A stretch of 64,000 nt of DNA, from positions 155,310,001-155,374,000 of the forward strand of contig NC_042997.1 of the NCBI RefSeq assembly GCF_006345805.1, in the 5' to 3' direction. The DNA is from Octopus sinensis. Lineage: Eukaryota. The notes beneath the pieces are model-generated. The model was not told the origin of the DNA. It ran no database searches and was given only the letters and a program-made list of their open reading frames with translations. The position numbers and the translations under genes were made by a program. Shown piece by piece: positions 37,546-50,905 of this stretch (positions are counted from its first letter, which is position 1; each line of letters starts with the position of its first letter).

Positions 37546-38513
37546 CATAGTGCTTCTTCATATCATTTTTGTACTTGTTGTTATTATTGATATTGATATT
37601 GTCCTCCATGCTTATTACAAATTCCTGCATTGTCATTATTTATTATCATCACCATCATCGATGTGTGAGCGCATGTGTATTTGTGTGTATGTGTGTGTGC
37701 ATATGTATGTAGTGCATGTTTGTAGTGTGTATGTATGCATATGTATGTAGTGTGTGTGCTTTGAGTGTAGTCGTTGGTTATAGCCAGTCAGAAAATTACT
37801 ATTTGTTTCACGTCTATTGTTGCTCTTAGTAATATAAGCAACTCGTCAGACCTTCTGGCCAGAGTTACATAACCGATTTACTAATAGAAGTAAAAATTTG
37901 GTCTTGGTCAGCTTGATGGTAAAAAAAACCTGAAATGAAATTTTTACAAAGTAAAAACCCCTACTTGGAGAGATGAATTTACCTCCTTTTAATGGTTCCA
38001 GTTGTGTCCAAAAAGCATCAGTTTATGTGTTTTCTGTTCACTAGTCAGCAAGCAGAGAAGCCCACATTTCCAACACGAATTTTCTATCATGATGACACCG
38101 ACTAAACACCACTTTTTGAATTTAACAAGGCACTCGGATCAAGTGAATTTTTTTTAGGACCCTTGCTGTCTTGGTTAAGCAAGGTTTATCATCTGCTGTC
38201 ATTGAGGTATGGCCTAGGCTGTTCCAGGAGTTCCCATTTAACCCTGCATAGCATTCCATCTTCTTTTAAATGCCACATATTGTTGGCCTATGCTATTACA
38301 TTGCACCTCTCCAGGATCCTAAAAGAGCTTAATGGGGCCCGTTGTTCCAACATATTTCTGTGTATATGTTCCTAGGTTGCTGGCGATGTTGTTGTTTTTA
38401 CTGCTACCGTGGTTGGTGTTACTGCTACTGCCAGACACCACCTCTACTTCATGGACTATGGCCTTGGAGTTCCATCGACTGCCTACTAGGCCCTGACAGT
38501 TAACCCTGCATGA

Positions 38514-38825
38514 GCATTTAGAGGACATGATAAAATAGAAGAATCAAATAATAAAGATAATTTTCTGACTATATGTGAAGCAGCAGCGGAATTCAATGGT
38601 TGTTTAAGATCGCATCTAGATTCCATGGGGAAAAATTCCAATTGCACATTTTCTGGATTTTCAAGTGATAATTCAAAACGAGATCATTAATTGTATAGCT
38701 GCTACAAGTGAAGGTTAGATTTAGGCAATGATCAAAAACAACAACAACAGTATTTGTTGCTGTTAAGTTTGATGAAATTACAGATCTTCAAATGAAATCT
38801 CAAGTGTTATGTGTTTTTTAGGTGT
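38514..38825 (+). mobile_element. hAT transposase remnant (DUF4371/ZMYM1-like region), frameshifted
   Basis: AFRGHDKIEESNNKDNFL...SHL...FSGFSSD / IQNEIINCIA / FVAVKFDEITD.QMKSQV..VFRCV. Confidence 0.75.
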
Positions 38826-40467
38826 GTGTGTGTAAAGCGATTGTTTTCAGGATTCTTAGCCAGGGATCAAAACCTTGTTCTCAATTTTTCCGTAAGCTCC
38901 TTTCCATTTTTCCTTTTCTTGGCAGTCATACTTGGAATTTTATGAAAGTCAGCTGCCATACTTTGACAAGTTTTATTGTTTCCTGAACATCATCATCGTT
39001 TAACGTCCGCTTTCCATGCTAGCATGGGTTGGACGATTTTGACTGAGGGCTGGCGAACCAGATGGCTGCACCAGGCTCCAATCTTGATCTGGCAGAGTTT
39101 CTACAGCTGGATGCCCTTCCTAACGCCAACCACTCCGAGAGTGTGGTGGAGTGGAGTGAACATCTTAGGCTAAATTCAGTTCAACGGAGATAAACGCGTT
39201 CACATCCAGCTTTGGAACTTGTATAAATACAGAATCCTCAGCTTTCGAATATATATAAATAAATACAGAACACAAAATCGAATTCTTTGCCTTTTACCCA
39301 GTACCTTACCAAAGGAGCATGCCTGCTCCGAATATTTTAGGATAGCATGTCTTTCTCTTTCTAGCGCTCCTATATTTTCCTTGTCTCTACATCTGATACA
39401 AACGTTACCAAAATTGTGCAAGCCTTGTTGTTACTAGCATCTTCTGCTACTATAAAATAGCAGACTGTTACAGCCTTTGTATACTGTTGCTAAGGATGAA
39501 CTGATGGATAAATAAAGTCCGTAACAAATAACTTTTTCTCTATTGATTCATTTGGTGTCCCACAAAGTTTAAACAATCTGTTAATACTCATAACCACTAC
39601 ATTCATTGCATCATCATTATATATATGTTTCTCTCTCTCTGTCTGTCTGTCTGTCTCTGTCTCTCTCTCTCTCACACACACACAAAAGTATATATGTGCA
39701 TACTGTGATGGACCAGCGTCCTATTCAGGATGGGATGTAATATATACACTACAGGATTCGGGAAACCAGCTGTATGAGCCTATGCACTAATAGGGGCACT
39801 CTGACCCAGGCAGCACTTTTAAAGGGGCACCACTTTTGGGTCTGCTGTGTTTTTTGTATGGTCCGGTGGGTGGGGGGTGGCAAACGGAAGGGTCACTCCG
39901 GGCAACACACACTCTAGCTACGCTAGTGAGCCTATGACTTTGGTAGGACCTTTGATCTTTATTTTTTACATACATGTTCTAAATTCTGAAATATCCATGG
40001 ACTTTAGAATGGAACACTGCAGGTATATTTAAGTACTGTATCTGTGGATGTACATAGAACACACACACATACACATACAGACATATAGGTATGTATATAT
40101 ATATGTTCTTTTTTGTTTCAGTCATTTGACTGCGGCCATGCTGGAGCACCGCTTTTAGTTGAACAAATCGACTCCAGGACTTATTCTTTGTAAGTCCAGT
40201 CCAGTCCTTAATCTATTGGTCTCTTTTGCCAAACTTCTAAGATATGGTTGTCAAGTGACGGTGGGGAGACAAACGTTTACATATTATATATATACGACGG
40301 GCTTCTTTCAGTTTCCATCTCACAAGGTTTTGGTCGGCCTGAAGCTATAGTAGAAGACGCTTGCCCAAGGTGTCCCGCAGTGAGACTGAACCCAGGACCA
40401 TGTGGTTGGTAAGCAAGCTATTTACCACACAATCACTCCTGCGCCTATAACCCACTCCTGCACCTCC

Positions 40468-40542
<75 letters not shown>

Positions 40543-41295
40543 TTAGGGAGCATAACTCCAAACTTACAGGGAAAAATCCAATTTAGTATTAAATCAAATT
40601 TCACAATATAAATATATAATTTATATAAATTATAGAAAAACCACTATTATGTATTTCAAACTTATCATATAATGTTTATTCATTATTATGTACTTTTTGT
40701 GATCTAGATATATGTTTTGTAATATAGCGGGTTTATGATCTAAGTCTGAGAAACGTAAGCGATCGGTTTTGGAAAAGAAAAAAATGTTTAGAATTCTAAC
40801 CTCTGTATATCTTAAACGAGGAGTCTCTCTCTCTCAAACGAAAAAAAGGGGATCATATGGTAGAGATGAAATCAAACATGCTTCATTTCAAAATTTCACA
40901 AAGCTCTTCTGTTTTATTTATTTATTTTTTATTTATCTGTCTATTTTTAAAATCGTAAACTTTATGGTTCAAAACATTGAGAACAGTTGAAGAAAAAGAA
41001 AAACCATAGCAAAAAAATAATAATTGTGGTCTGTGTCTATATTGTCGAATAGTGTTAATATTTCTAATCATTTTCAGTGTGATTGACTACAGTGTGAAAT
41101 GCACTTTTCTATACATATGTACGTGTAAATAGAGCATATACACGTGTAAATAGAGCATAACCAAACTTCTGACATCGATGTTATTTATTATAGATTACAT
41201 GACAAAAACACCCACCTATCAAAATATAATTTAAAGCTGAACTGAGTAGCTAAATCTAAACAGTTATTAAATACGGTAAATATTCAAATGTCAAG

Positions 41296-41407
41296 ATGGA
41301 ACCAAAAAGTATATTCCGGCCAAACCTTTACCAAAATAAAGTAGCAATTGTTACCGGTGGTGCTACTGGAATAGGTTGAGCAATCACAACAGAACTATTG
41401 CGTTTAG
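41296..41407 (+). pseudogene. PECR: Second copy of PECR coding exon 1 with an in-frame TGA at codon 28
   Basis: 112 nt, 9 substitutions versus 28469-28580. TTA>TGA at 41377-41379. Donor TTAG|GTATGA retained. Confidence 0.85.
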
Positions 41408-41426
41408 GTATGAATTTTGAGAGAAG

Positions 41427-41586
41427 GGATCGTTTCCTTTTGAACGGCACTTTTCAACACAATTTCTAGTTAAGTAAACACTTTTAAACTTCGTATACTG
41501 GTAGAATGTGTTTATAAAACATCAGTTTTTCTTGGCTTTATTGAGAAAATTATGTTACAAAGTGCCGTTCAAAAGGAAAAAGATCC
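41427..41586. mobile_element. 160-bp MITE with ~26-bp TIRs and 8-bp TSD (Merlin- or hAT-like)
   Basis: GAGAGAAG|GGATCGTTTCCTTTTGAACGGCACTT ... AAGTGCCGTTCAAAAGGAAAAAGATCC|GAGAGAAG. Confidence 0.85.
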
Positions 41587-42953
41587 GAGAGAAGTTTTCA
41601 CAATTTAAAAAAATTTTTTATTTTTAATACTGTATTTCACCCTTTGCTACGTTCTGAGTTCAAATTACACCGGGGTCGACATTGCCTTTCATCCTTACAG
41701 GGTCGATAAAATAAGTACCAGTTGAGCACTGGAGTCTATGTAATGAACTTACCCATCCCACGAAATTGCAGGACTGGTACCAAAATTTGAAATCATCATT
41801 ATTTGTTATTACGGTACATAGGTCGGCATACTTACAGAAGTGTGCCCAGCCACCTCAACTTTCTTTCCTCATAACTTTTAAGGAAAATGGATATTCTTTT
41901 GTGAAACTTTCTCCACAAACGTTTCAGATGGTGTACTTTCCAATTATATCGAATTTGTCGTGAAAACAAATTTCTGTTATGTGGGGAAAAGGAGTTTCGG
42001 AAAATCACACAAGTCGGCTCTATTTTCTCATAACTCGCCAAAACTTCAGTACTTTCCATGAAATCTACTTCAAATACTTTTCAGATTATGTAAATTACAA
42101 TTTTAGCTGAATGTAATCTAAAAAAAGAAAAAAAAAAGTGAGTGAGCGCATGTATACTAAGTCATATTTTCTTTTCAAAATTTCAAGTGTTGTTTTGTAG
42201 ATTTATATGCAGGGACGGACTGAGCCGTCGGTCAATTTGACATTGCCCGAGGGCCCGGAGCTCTGAGGGGCACTCTACATGTTAACTCTCTTTGATATTA
42301 ATGCTAACAGTTATACCCGAGTGCCTTTAATATTCTCAGTCTTTAATATTCTCATATATTTGTTTATATGTGATGCATTTCAGTATGTATGTGTGTGACC
42401 ACCACTTGTTTCCCCCACATTAAATTCCTATATTATTGTAATCTTGACCATTTATTACGTATAGACACATAATGTTTTAGGAGGAAATTTTTAATCTTCT
42501 TTCTCACAAATTTTTTAATTATGCCGTTCTATATAAATACTAGTATACCCATGTCGTCAAAAACCGACAGTTTTATTAATCATAGAATATGATGCATCAA
42601 CACAATGAGAAAAACCAGTATATATATGTACATATATTTACTAGTAAATATATGTATATACACACGATTGAAGTGACAACAGCAAGGACTTTGTCTTTTT
42701 ACCCTATTAGAGGATTTGAGTAAAATTATACAAATGTGTCCGATTGATTAAAAAAAAAAATTCTATTTATATATGCAGCTGAGGATAGCCCTGCATTTAA
42801 ATTGATGTAATGATTGCATTGCTCAATTAAAGGGAGCCGCTTGAAACGGTCGTACTGCATTACCTCTGGATATCTTGTTACTTATTTTGAAGTTGTACGG
42901 ATAATACCGCGCTAATTTTTCGTGTTTCAACTTATGTTCCTAAGTTATCTGAA

Positions 42954-43040
<87 letters not shown>

Positions 43041-43149
43041 TGCACACAAGTAAGCACATAAATACAAAACACAAGGTGGAAAAAATAGTACTCTAATACC
43101 AAAGGTAGAGTAATATGCTTTTCTTAAAGCTGCAAATTTTCAACGTTAC

Positions 43150-44233
43150 TATTCGTTACCAAACCGCCTGAAACCTCCCGAAAAAAATTTTGGTTAATGT
43201 GACCAAACCGCCCAAAGCCGTCTGAATTTACCTATTCATATTTAAATGAGAATATCAGAGCAAATCTCTTTAGTACATTCATGAAAATACGTATTATACT
43301 TCATAAAGAGTTCAACTACAGTTTTGTACAATAATCGACGTGTAATTTTAATTCCGTGAATTTTGGGAGATTTTTTTCTGAAATTTGTTCCTATTGTGTT
43401 TTCAAAATTTGTAATTCTGACAAAAAATGGATACAAATTTCATTATATCAAGCAGCGAGTCAGAATTTGAAGGATTTTCTACTGAAGACCTTCATAAATC
43501 TAACTCTATGACTGAAAAAAAAAAAGCATGTGGTATTTGATGATGAATCTGATGTTTCATTTTCCGAAAGTGAAAACAGTGAATCCAAGAGCTCCGACAG
43601 CGATAAAGAAAATGAATTGGCATCTGAATGGAGTGAAAATTTAAAAACTGTTTCTTTCGGTGATTTTTCTGAAGAAACTGGACCAAGCCACAGACTTTCC
43701 CAGGAGAGTAAAGCCTTAGACTATTTCTTTTTACTTTTTCGAATGAGCCTATTTGAAATCATTATGATGGAAACGAACCATTACACTAAATGTAAACAAA
43801 ACGAAAGAAAGGATAGTTAGTGGTTTCCCATAACCTTAAATGAAATTAAGACTATTTTGCCATAAATATTATTATGGGTATCAGAAAGTTACCCAGAATA
43901 ACAAATTCTATCGTAAAATTTTGTTGTATACCCAATTGAATATTAGCTAATAACCCATTTTCTATAGCGATGTTTGAACAAAATTTTAATAATTTTATAT
44001 TTTGTTGAATTTACCTGTATCTACCTGCAATTAGAGTCACTTTGTGACAAAAATTATATTATAGAATTGGTTGAGAACATTTCATTAAATTATCTTCCAA
44101 AATTCACGTTAATATATTGATAAATAAAAAAGTTATAGTTGTTTAATGAAACCAGACTAAATTTATGATTATGTTAGAAATTAATTGAAACACATATTTT
44201 GGTATTTTGGTCAGAAATATAGTAACGAAAGGG
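43150..44233 (+). mobile_element. Internally deleted piggyBac element with transposase N-terminal remnant (PGBD4-like)
   Basis: Acidic N-terminus, then FSEETGP...LDYFFLLF..LFEII..ETNHY, then after a stop/frameshift WFPITLNEIK..AINIIMGIRKLP. Right end AGTAACGAAAGGG|TTAA; eroded left TIR TTCGTTACC at about 43153. Confidence 0.8.
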
Positions 44234-44591
44234 TTAAAATAAAAGTATTCAGAACACAGAATAACATATAACAAAAACAATTTGCAAACATATTTACATT
44301 CCCATATAACAGTTAAAAACATCACCATTATTCTATTAAACATGCACAGAAGTGCTTGTTCGACTAGGTGCTGCTGGCTTAATTACACACAACTCAAGTT
44401 AGAGGAGTACGTATTATGCACAAGGTTTACGTTTTTCAGAGGTACAGCCCCCTGAAGATCCCCTGTGTATTATACTCAAGGGCGGACTATACTCGAGGAT
44501 TTACAGTATGTGTTGTTCAGTGTTTGAATTTATCATTTATGTATTTCAGTTTTTTATTATTCTAATGTCTGACTTCTGTTTATATTTACAG

Positions 44592-44725
44592 GCTGCAAAG
44601 TAATAATAGCTTCACGGAAAAGAGATCGCCTTGAAGCGCAAGTTCAGAGACTCCAGCAAAATTTGCTACCAACAAATTCTGATCATATCAGTTCAATTGT
44701 GTGTAACATACGGAAAGAAGAAGAG
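44592..44725 (+). CDS. PECR: PECR-like coding exon 2 (G-CKVIIASRKRDRLEAQVQRLQQNLLPTNSDHISSIVCNIRKEEE)
   Basis: tttacag acceptor, GAG|GTGGGA donor, 134 nt. IASRK...CNIRxEEE is characteristic of PECR. Confidence 0.93.
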
Positions 44726-44801
44726 GTGGGAAGTCGCTGACTTATGTTTATTACTTTTAAGTTCTAATTCTTGATTGTTTCTTTTAAGTTCTTGTTCTTA
44801 A

Positions 44802-45542
<741 letters not shown>

Positions 45543-45560
45543 TGAAGTTTCTGCAGTTAA

Positions 45561-45957
45561 TCTTCTTCTTTATATATAAAAGTCAAGTTGTGTGTCTGTC
45601 TCCTACGATTTAGATTCCTAACTACTCCCACATTTTGCGGTGCAGTTTAACCAAAACCGGGTATCTTATAGTCGTGATTCATATCGAGCCCTTCTGGGTA
45701 TTAGCGCGCCTCTACGATGAGTCTACGATTTAAAAAAAAATTTACCATCAATTTTTCCCATTTTTAATCCATTTTTGGCATATATAAGGGAAGTAACTCT
45801 CTAAAAATTTATTAAATCTCTGAACGTAAAAAGCTACAGTAACACCCCCCCCTTTGTGGTTAGCCATATTGAGATGGCTATTATACTTTACATCGCTAAA
45901 AATGCTTAAATAGTTATTTCCCTTACAAACCCGAGCAACGCCGGACGATACTGCTAG
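45561..45957 (+). mobile_element. Non-autonomous Helitron copy G (E-like subfamily with a different interior), 35 bp into PECR intron 3
   Basis: A|TCTTCTTCTTTATATATAAAAG start; CCCGAGCAACGCCGGA + CGATACTGCTAG|T end. Confidence 0.88.
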
Positions 45958-46755
45958 TAATTGATAAAGCTATTTGGTTATTATTGTTGTTTGTTAGTTC
46001 CAGATCAACTCTGATTGAGAAAATCTATGATCAAAGGTGTTAAATCCATGGCAATCTTGTCTTTTTATTAGTCAGTGTGCGTCAAGAATCACATTATCCA
46101 GTATGTTGTTGTTCTTTTTAAAACAACTGGATAGGCGTAGGTATGGCTGTGTAGTTTTGAAACTGCATAATTTGGGGTTCAATCCCTCGTAGAAGACATT
46201 TTGAGCAAATGTCTTCTACTAGGTTGACCAGTGCCCTTTGAATAAATTTGGTAGACGGAAACTGTGTGAAACTTCTTGTGTGTACATGTGTGTGTGTTTC
46301 CTGCCATCGCTTGAGAGCTAGTGTTTGTTTATGTCCCTATAACTTAATGATCCAGCAAAAAAGACTGATAGAATATGTTCCAGACTTTAAAAAAAAAGTT
46401 CTAGTGTTGGTCTATGTCAGTCCAGTTTTAGCTGACTACAATCAAAACATTCTAACTGTGATCATCCCATGTTTTTTTTTTTCAGTCATCAAGTATCCTG
46501 GACTCTATTGTCCAAGGTTTCCTTTTCCAAGATTGCACAGTTTGATTTCTGAGGAACTTAGCTGCTGTTTCTAGCAATTTGAGTGGCCCTGTAGATCAGT
46601 GTTACTCAATCTTTTTACCCTTATGTAACCCTTAAAATAAATTACATGTCTGAAGGAACTCCTGCATGAAAAAAATTATATATCATATCTATCTTGTATT
46701 TTTTCATCATAGTTCACACGGTAAATATCATATATATATATATATATATATATCT

Positions 46756-47065
46756 GTGTGTGTGTGGAGGCGCAATGGCTCAGTGGTGAGGGCAATGGAC
46801 TCGCGGTCGTAGGATCGCGGTTTTGATTCCCAGACCAGGCGTTGTAAGTGTTTATTGAGCAAAAACACCTAAAAGCTCCACAAGGTTCCAGCAGGGGGTG
46901 GTGGTGATCCCTGCTGTTCTCTTTCGTCACAACTTTCTCTCACTCTTTCTGCTGTTGGCCTGCTTGCTTAGCCGGCAGGGTGGCGTCATTTGAAGGCTAA
47001 AACAATGCAAAGCGCATTATGACCAGCGATGTGTAGCAACATCTGATAGCCTGGTTAGTCACGGT
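46756..47065 (+). mobile_element. tRNA-derived SINE (head related to family C) inside a hAT-like MITE (about 46594-47289)
   Basis: GTGGAGGCGCAATGGCTCAGTGG...TTGATTCCC; flanking CAGTGTTACTCAA ... GTTGAGAAACGCTG. Confidence 0.6.
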
Positions 47066-47639
47066 GATCACGGGGATATATATATATATATGGTGGTTAT
47101 ATTATTTTTATAACAAAGGTTAGATAGGATGATGTCGATATTACAATATTACAATAGCCAATATGTTGTGCATGTATAGTATTACAGTCATGAAATTAGC
47201 ATTAGCTTATCTCACCCTTTCTCACGAAACCCCTCGGAACCTTTTGCGGAACCCTAGGATTCTGGGGAATCCCAGTTGAGAAACGCTGCTGTAGATGCTC
47301 CTTCATAAGATCATTTGATTGTGACATTTTAAGGATGTCATTGTTTTAAAATTCACTTTTCCAAACTTCCTATCAGCTACCCTTACCTGTTTCAAAGTAA
47401 GGTAATATTTCCCATAACCAGACATATCTCTGCAAGATATTGGAAAGGAACGACGCTTCTTAGATGACAATGATACTCATTTATAACTATCATGCATTGT
47501 CAAGGCAAGCACACACGCACACACACAAACACACACACACACATGCCCACACATATTTGCATGCACACACATACATTTGCACACACACACACACATGCCC
47601 ATGTGCATGTGCGCGCACACACACACACATCATCATCAT

Positions 47640-47830
47640 CATTGTTCGACCATGGTCAAGACAAGGAATTTACTATGCTATGCCAGACTTCACAGTCCAT
47701 CATAGCATTACGGAGGTCCTGTTGTTGGATGCCTGTATCCCTGGAGATTACATCAGAGTAGGAGAGTGTGCGCCCTCTGGTATCGCGAGTTGATGGCTTC
47801 CAGAGGAGAAGAGTAGAAATTGCCTTGTTT
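47640..47830 (-). mobile_element. RTE-clade LINE extreme 3' coding fragment
   Basis: LLLWKPS...RGRTLSYSDVISRDTG...DLRNAMMD.EVW. Confidence 0.6.
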
Positions 47831-48409
47831 TCAGCTCTACAACACACACACAACAAGCTTCTTTCAGATTCCATCTACCAAATCCACTCCCAAACCTTTA
47901 ATCAGACCAATGCTATTGTGTGGCGGCATTTGGCTTAGTATTTAGGGAGTTATACTCATGATCTGTAAAAAATTCCCCTTGTGGGTATGGGGCTTCCATT
48001 GTTATATTACTACTAAATCACACACCTCAACTAATAGCTGAAATAGTTCAAATCTATCATGCTGCATCCCATGATTTCAATGTGCTCTGCCTTGTGTGTT
48101 TACATTCTATTTATGATACACAGGTGGCTGTCATAATTATTTTATAGTTATGATAGCCATAACTAATATTTATAGCTGTCATAACTATTATGTTTTTTAT
48201 TTGCCTAGATCCCTGTATAACCCACCATCTGTGAATCCTCTCTCGTTTGTCTTATCTTATTTACTGCCTTTCACGCATTCACACACTTAGATACACTTAT
48301 TTCCATATAATGTTGCCTTCATTCTCTCTTTAAGCTAATTTCTCCTGCCAGCTTTTTAATTGTGTAGTCCCCTTTTTATTTAATTATTATTTCTTTTCTA
48401 ATCACATAT

Positions 48410-48876
48410 CCTTTCTATTTCTTTACTACCCACAAGGGGCTAAACACAGAGGGGACAAACAAGGACAGACAAATGGAGTAAGTCGATTACATCGACCCCA
48501 GTGCGTAACTGGTACTTAATTTATCAACCCCGAAAGGATGAAAGGCAAAGTCAACCTCGGCGGAATTTGAACTCAGAACGTAATGGCAGACAAAATACCG
48601 CTAAGCATTTCGCCTGGTATGCTATCGCTTCTGCCAGCTCACCGCCTTTTTTCTTTTCTTTTTTTTTTTTTATCACAGAGAGGATAGACAAGGATAGACA
48701 AACGGATTAAGTCGATTACATCGACCCCAGTGCGTAAATGATACTTAATTTATTGACCCCGAAAGGATGAAAGGCAAAGTTGACCTCGGCGGAATTTGAA
48801 CTCAGAACGTAACAGCAGACGAAATACGGCTATGCATTTCACCCGGCATGTTAACGTTTCTGCTAGCTCACTGCCT
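48410..48876 (-). mobile_element. Two adjacent SINEs, family D; others at 50906-51121(-, 15-bp TSD), about 61495-61670(-) and 41640-41790(+)
   Basis: Shared AGGCGGTGAGCTGGCAGAA...GAGTTCAAATTCCGCCGAGG...CTTTGCCTTTCATCC. TSD TTGCTTCTGCTAAAT at 50891-50905 and 51122-51136. Confidence 0.8.
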
Positions 48877-50030
48877 TATCTGCCACCAACTTCGTTCCTA
48901 TAATTACTCCATCACTTCTTTTACTGTGCTACCATAATCACTACAGTTCACCACTTACCACTCTCTTATTCCAGGGTGGAGGGTGGGGCATTGCCAGTTG
49001 AAGATGTGAGGTAAAGTAACTTTTACTTCCTATCTTACATGCAATCACTTGGTTATGTTGCAAAATAAAAAGATTGTCATTTATTAATTTAATATTTCAC
49101 ATGAGGCACCGGTGTAGGAGTGTGGCTTTTGGTACAGCCTTGTTGTATGACAACTTGGGCAAGTGTCTTCTACCATAGTTCTGGGCCACCTAAAAGCTTG
49201 TAAGTGGATTTGACAGCTGGAAATTGAAAGAGAATCATTGTATATATGAGAGCACTTATATGTGTGTGTGTGTGCGTGTGTGTGCATATGTGTGTGCGTG
49301 TGTGTGTGTGTGCGTGTGTGCATGTGTGTGTGTGTGTGTGTGTGTCCAACATCACTTGACAACAATGCTGGTGTGGTTACGTTCCTGCAACTTAGCAGTT
49401 TGGTAAAAGAAACCGATAGAATAAGTACTAGGCTTACAAAGAATAAGTCCTGGGATCAATTTTCTGAACTAAAAGCGGTGCTCCAGCATGGCCACAGTCA
49501 AATGACTGAAACAGGTAAAAGAATAAAAGAATATATGCTGTGCTTGAGGAGACCTATTGAGTCAAGTACATCAACATCGAAATAAATATCAAATGGAAAT
49601 GGTAGTTGTGATACCTGTGCCGGTGGCACGTAAAAAGCACCATCCGAACGTGGCCGATGCCAGCACCGCCTTGCCTGGCTTCTGTGTCAGTGACACGTAA
49701 AAAGCACCAACCGATCGTGGCCGCTGCCAGCCTCCCCTGGCACCTATGCCGGTGGCACATAAAAAGCACCCACTACACCCACGGAGTGGTTGGCTTTAGG
49801 AAGGGCATCCATCTGTAGAAACACTGCCAGATCAGACTGGAGCCTGGTGCAGCCTCCCGGCTTCCCAGACCCTGGTCGAACCGTCCAACCCATGCTAGCA
49901 CGGGAAACAGACGTTTAACGATGATGATGATGATGATGATATATATATATATATATACACATATGGATATATTGGTGCAAATAGGTAAAATAGAATTCAA
50001 AATATGAGTGTATGTATATTTTTTATCAAT

Positions 50031-50905
50031 ATTTAGCAGAAGCAACAGAGTGAGTCAAGGTCTGAGAGTTTCATGCATTGGCACTTATCAAACTAGTTAC
50101 AGTTGAAGGTCTATGTGTTTATATAGCTGTTGATGAATAAATAAATATATTCCCCTGCAGAATGTTCTAGAATGAATTATAATAATGTCACATGGATAAT
50201 TAAAAAAATTAAAAATTTGCCCATTATGTTGTTCAATAAGCAAATACAGAAATAAATAAGAAAGAAACAAAGAGAGAAAAAGAAAAACAAAAAGAGAATA
50301 TTGTGTGTGACATCAGATACGCATACACATATTCACATATACACACACACATGCACAGATACACTTGTTTCTTTCTTTCTACTTTGTCTATGTATCATAA
50401 AAAGCACCATTTAAGCATGGTTCCTGTGTAGGTGGCACATAAAAAGCATCATTTGAGCGTGGTTGTTGCCAGTACCACCTGACTGGCCTTCGTGCCGGTT
50501 TGTACGTAAAAGCACCCACTGCACTCTCAGAGTGGTTGGCGTTAGGAAGGGCATCCAGCTGTAGAAACTCTGCCAGATCAGATTGGGGCCTGGTGCAGCC
50601 ATCTGGTTCGCCAGACCTCAGTCAAATCGTCCAACCCATGCTAGCATGGAAAGTGGATGTTAAACAATGATGATGATGATGGTGGTGATGATTTGCTTAT
50701 TGAATGACAATTGGCAAAATTTTAAATTTTTTGAATTATCTACATGACATTATTATAATTCATTCTAGAACATTCTATAGGGAAATTATATTTATTCATT
50801 TATCAACAGCTATATAAACATGCAGATCTTCAACTGTAACTAATTTGGTAAGTGCCAACACATGAAACTCTTGGACCTTGAGTCACGCTGTTGCTTCTGC
50901 TAAAT
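50031..50905. repeat. 215-bp inverted repeat arms (50031-50245 and 50691-50905) around a spacer containing an RTE 3'UTR copy
   Basis: The arms are clear reverse complements (ATTTAGCAGAAGCAAC... / ...GTTGCTTCTGCTAAAT). Confidence 0.88.

Noticed and set aside
41288-41346. Out-of-frame upstream ATG before exon 1b (short uORF)
   Set aside because: Short, absent from the exon 1a copy, and with no independent evidence of function.
48975-49010. Polypyrimidine-CAG ... GTAAAG mini-exon candidate in PECR intron 3
   Set aside because: In the required phase it contains a TGA stop and has no SDR similarity.
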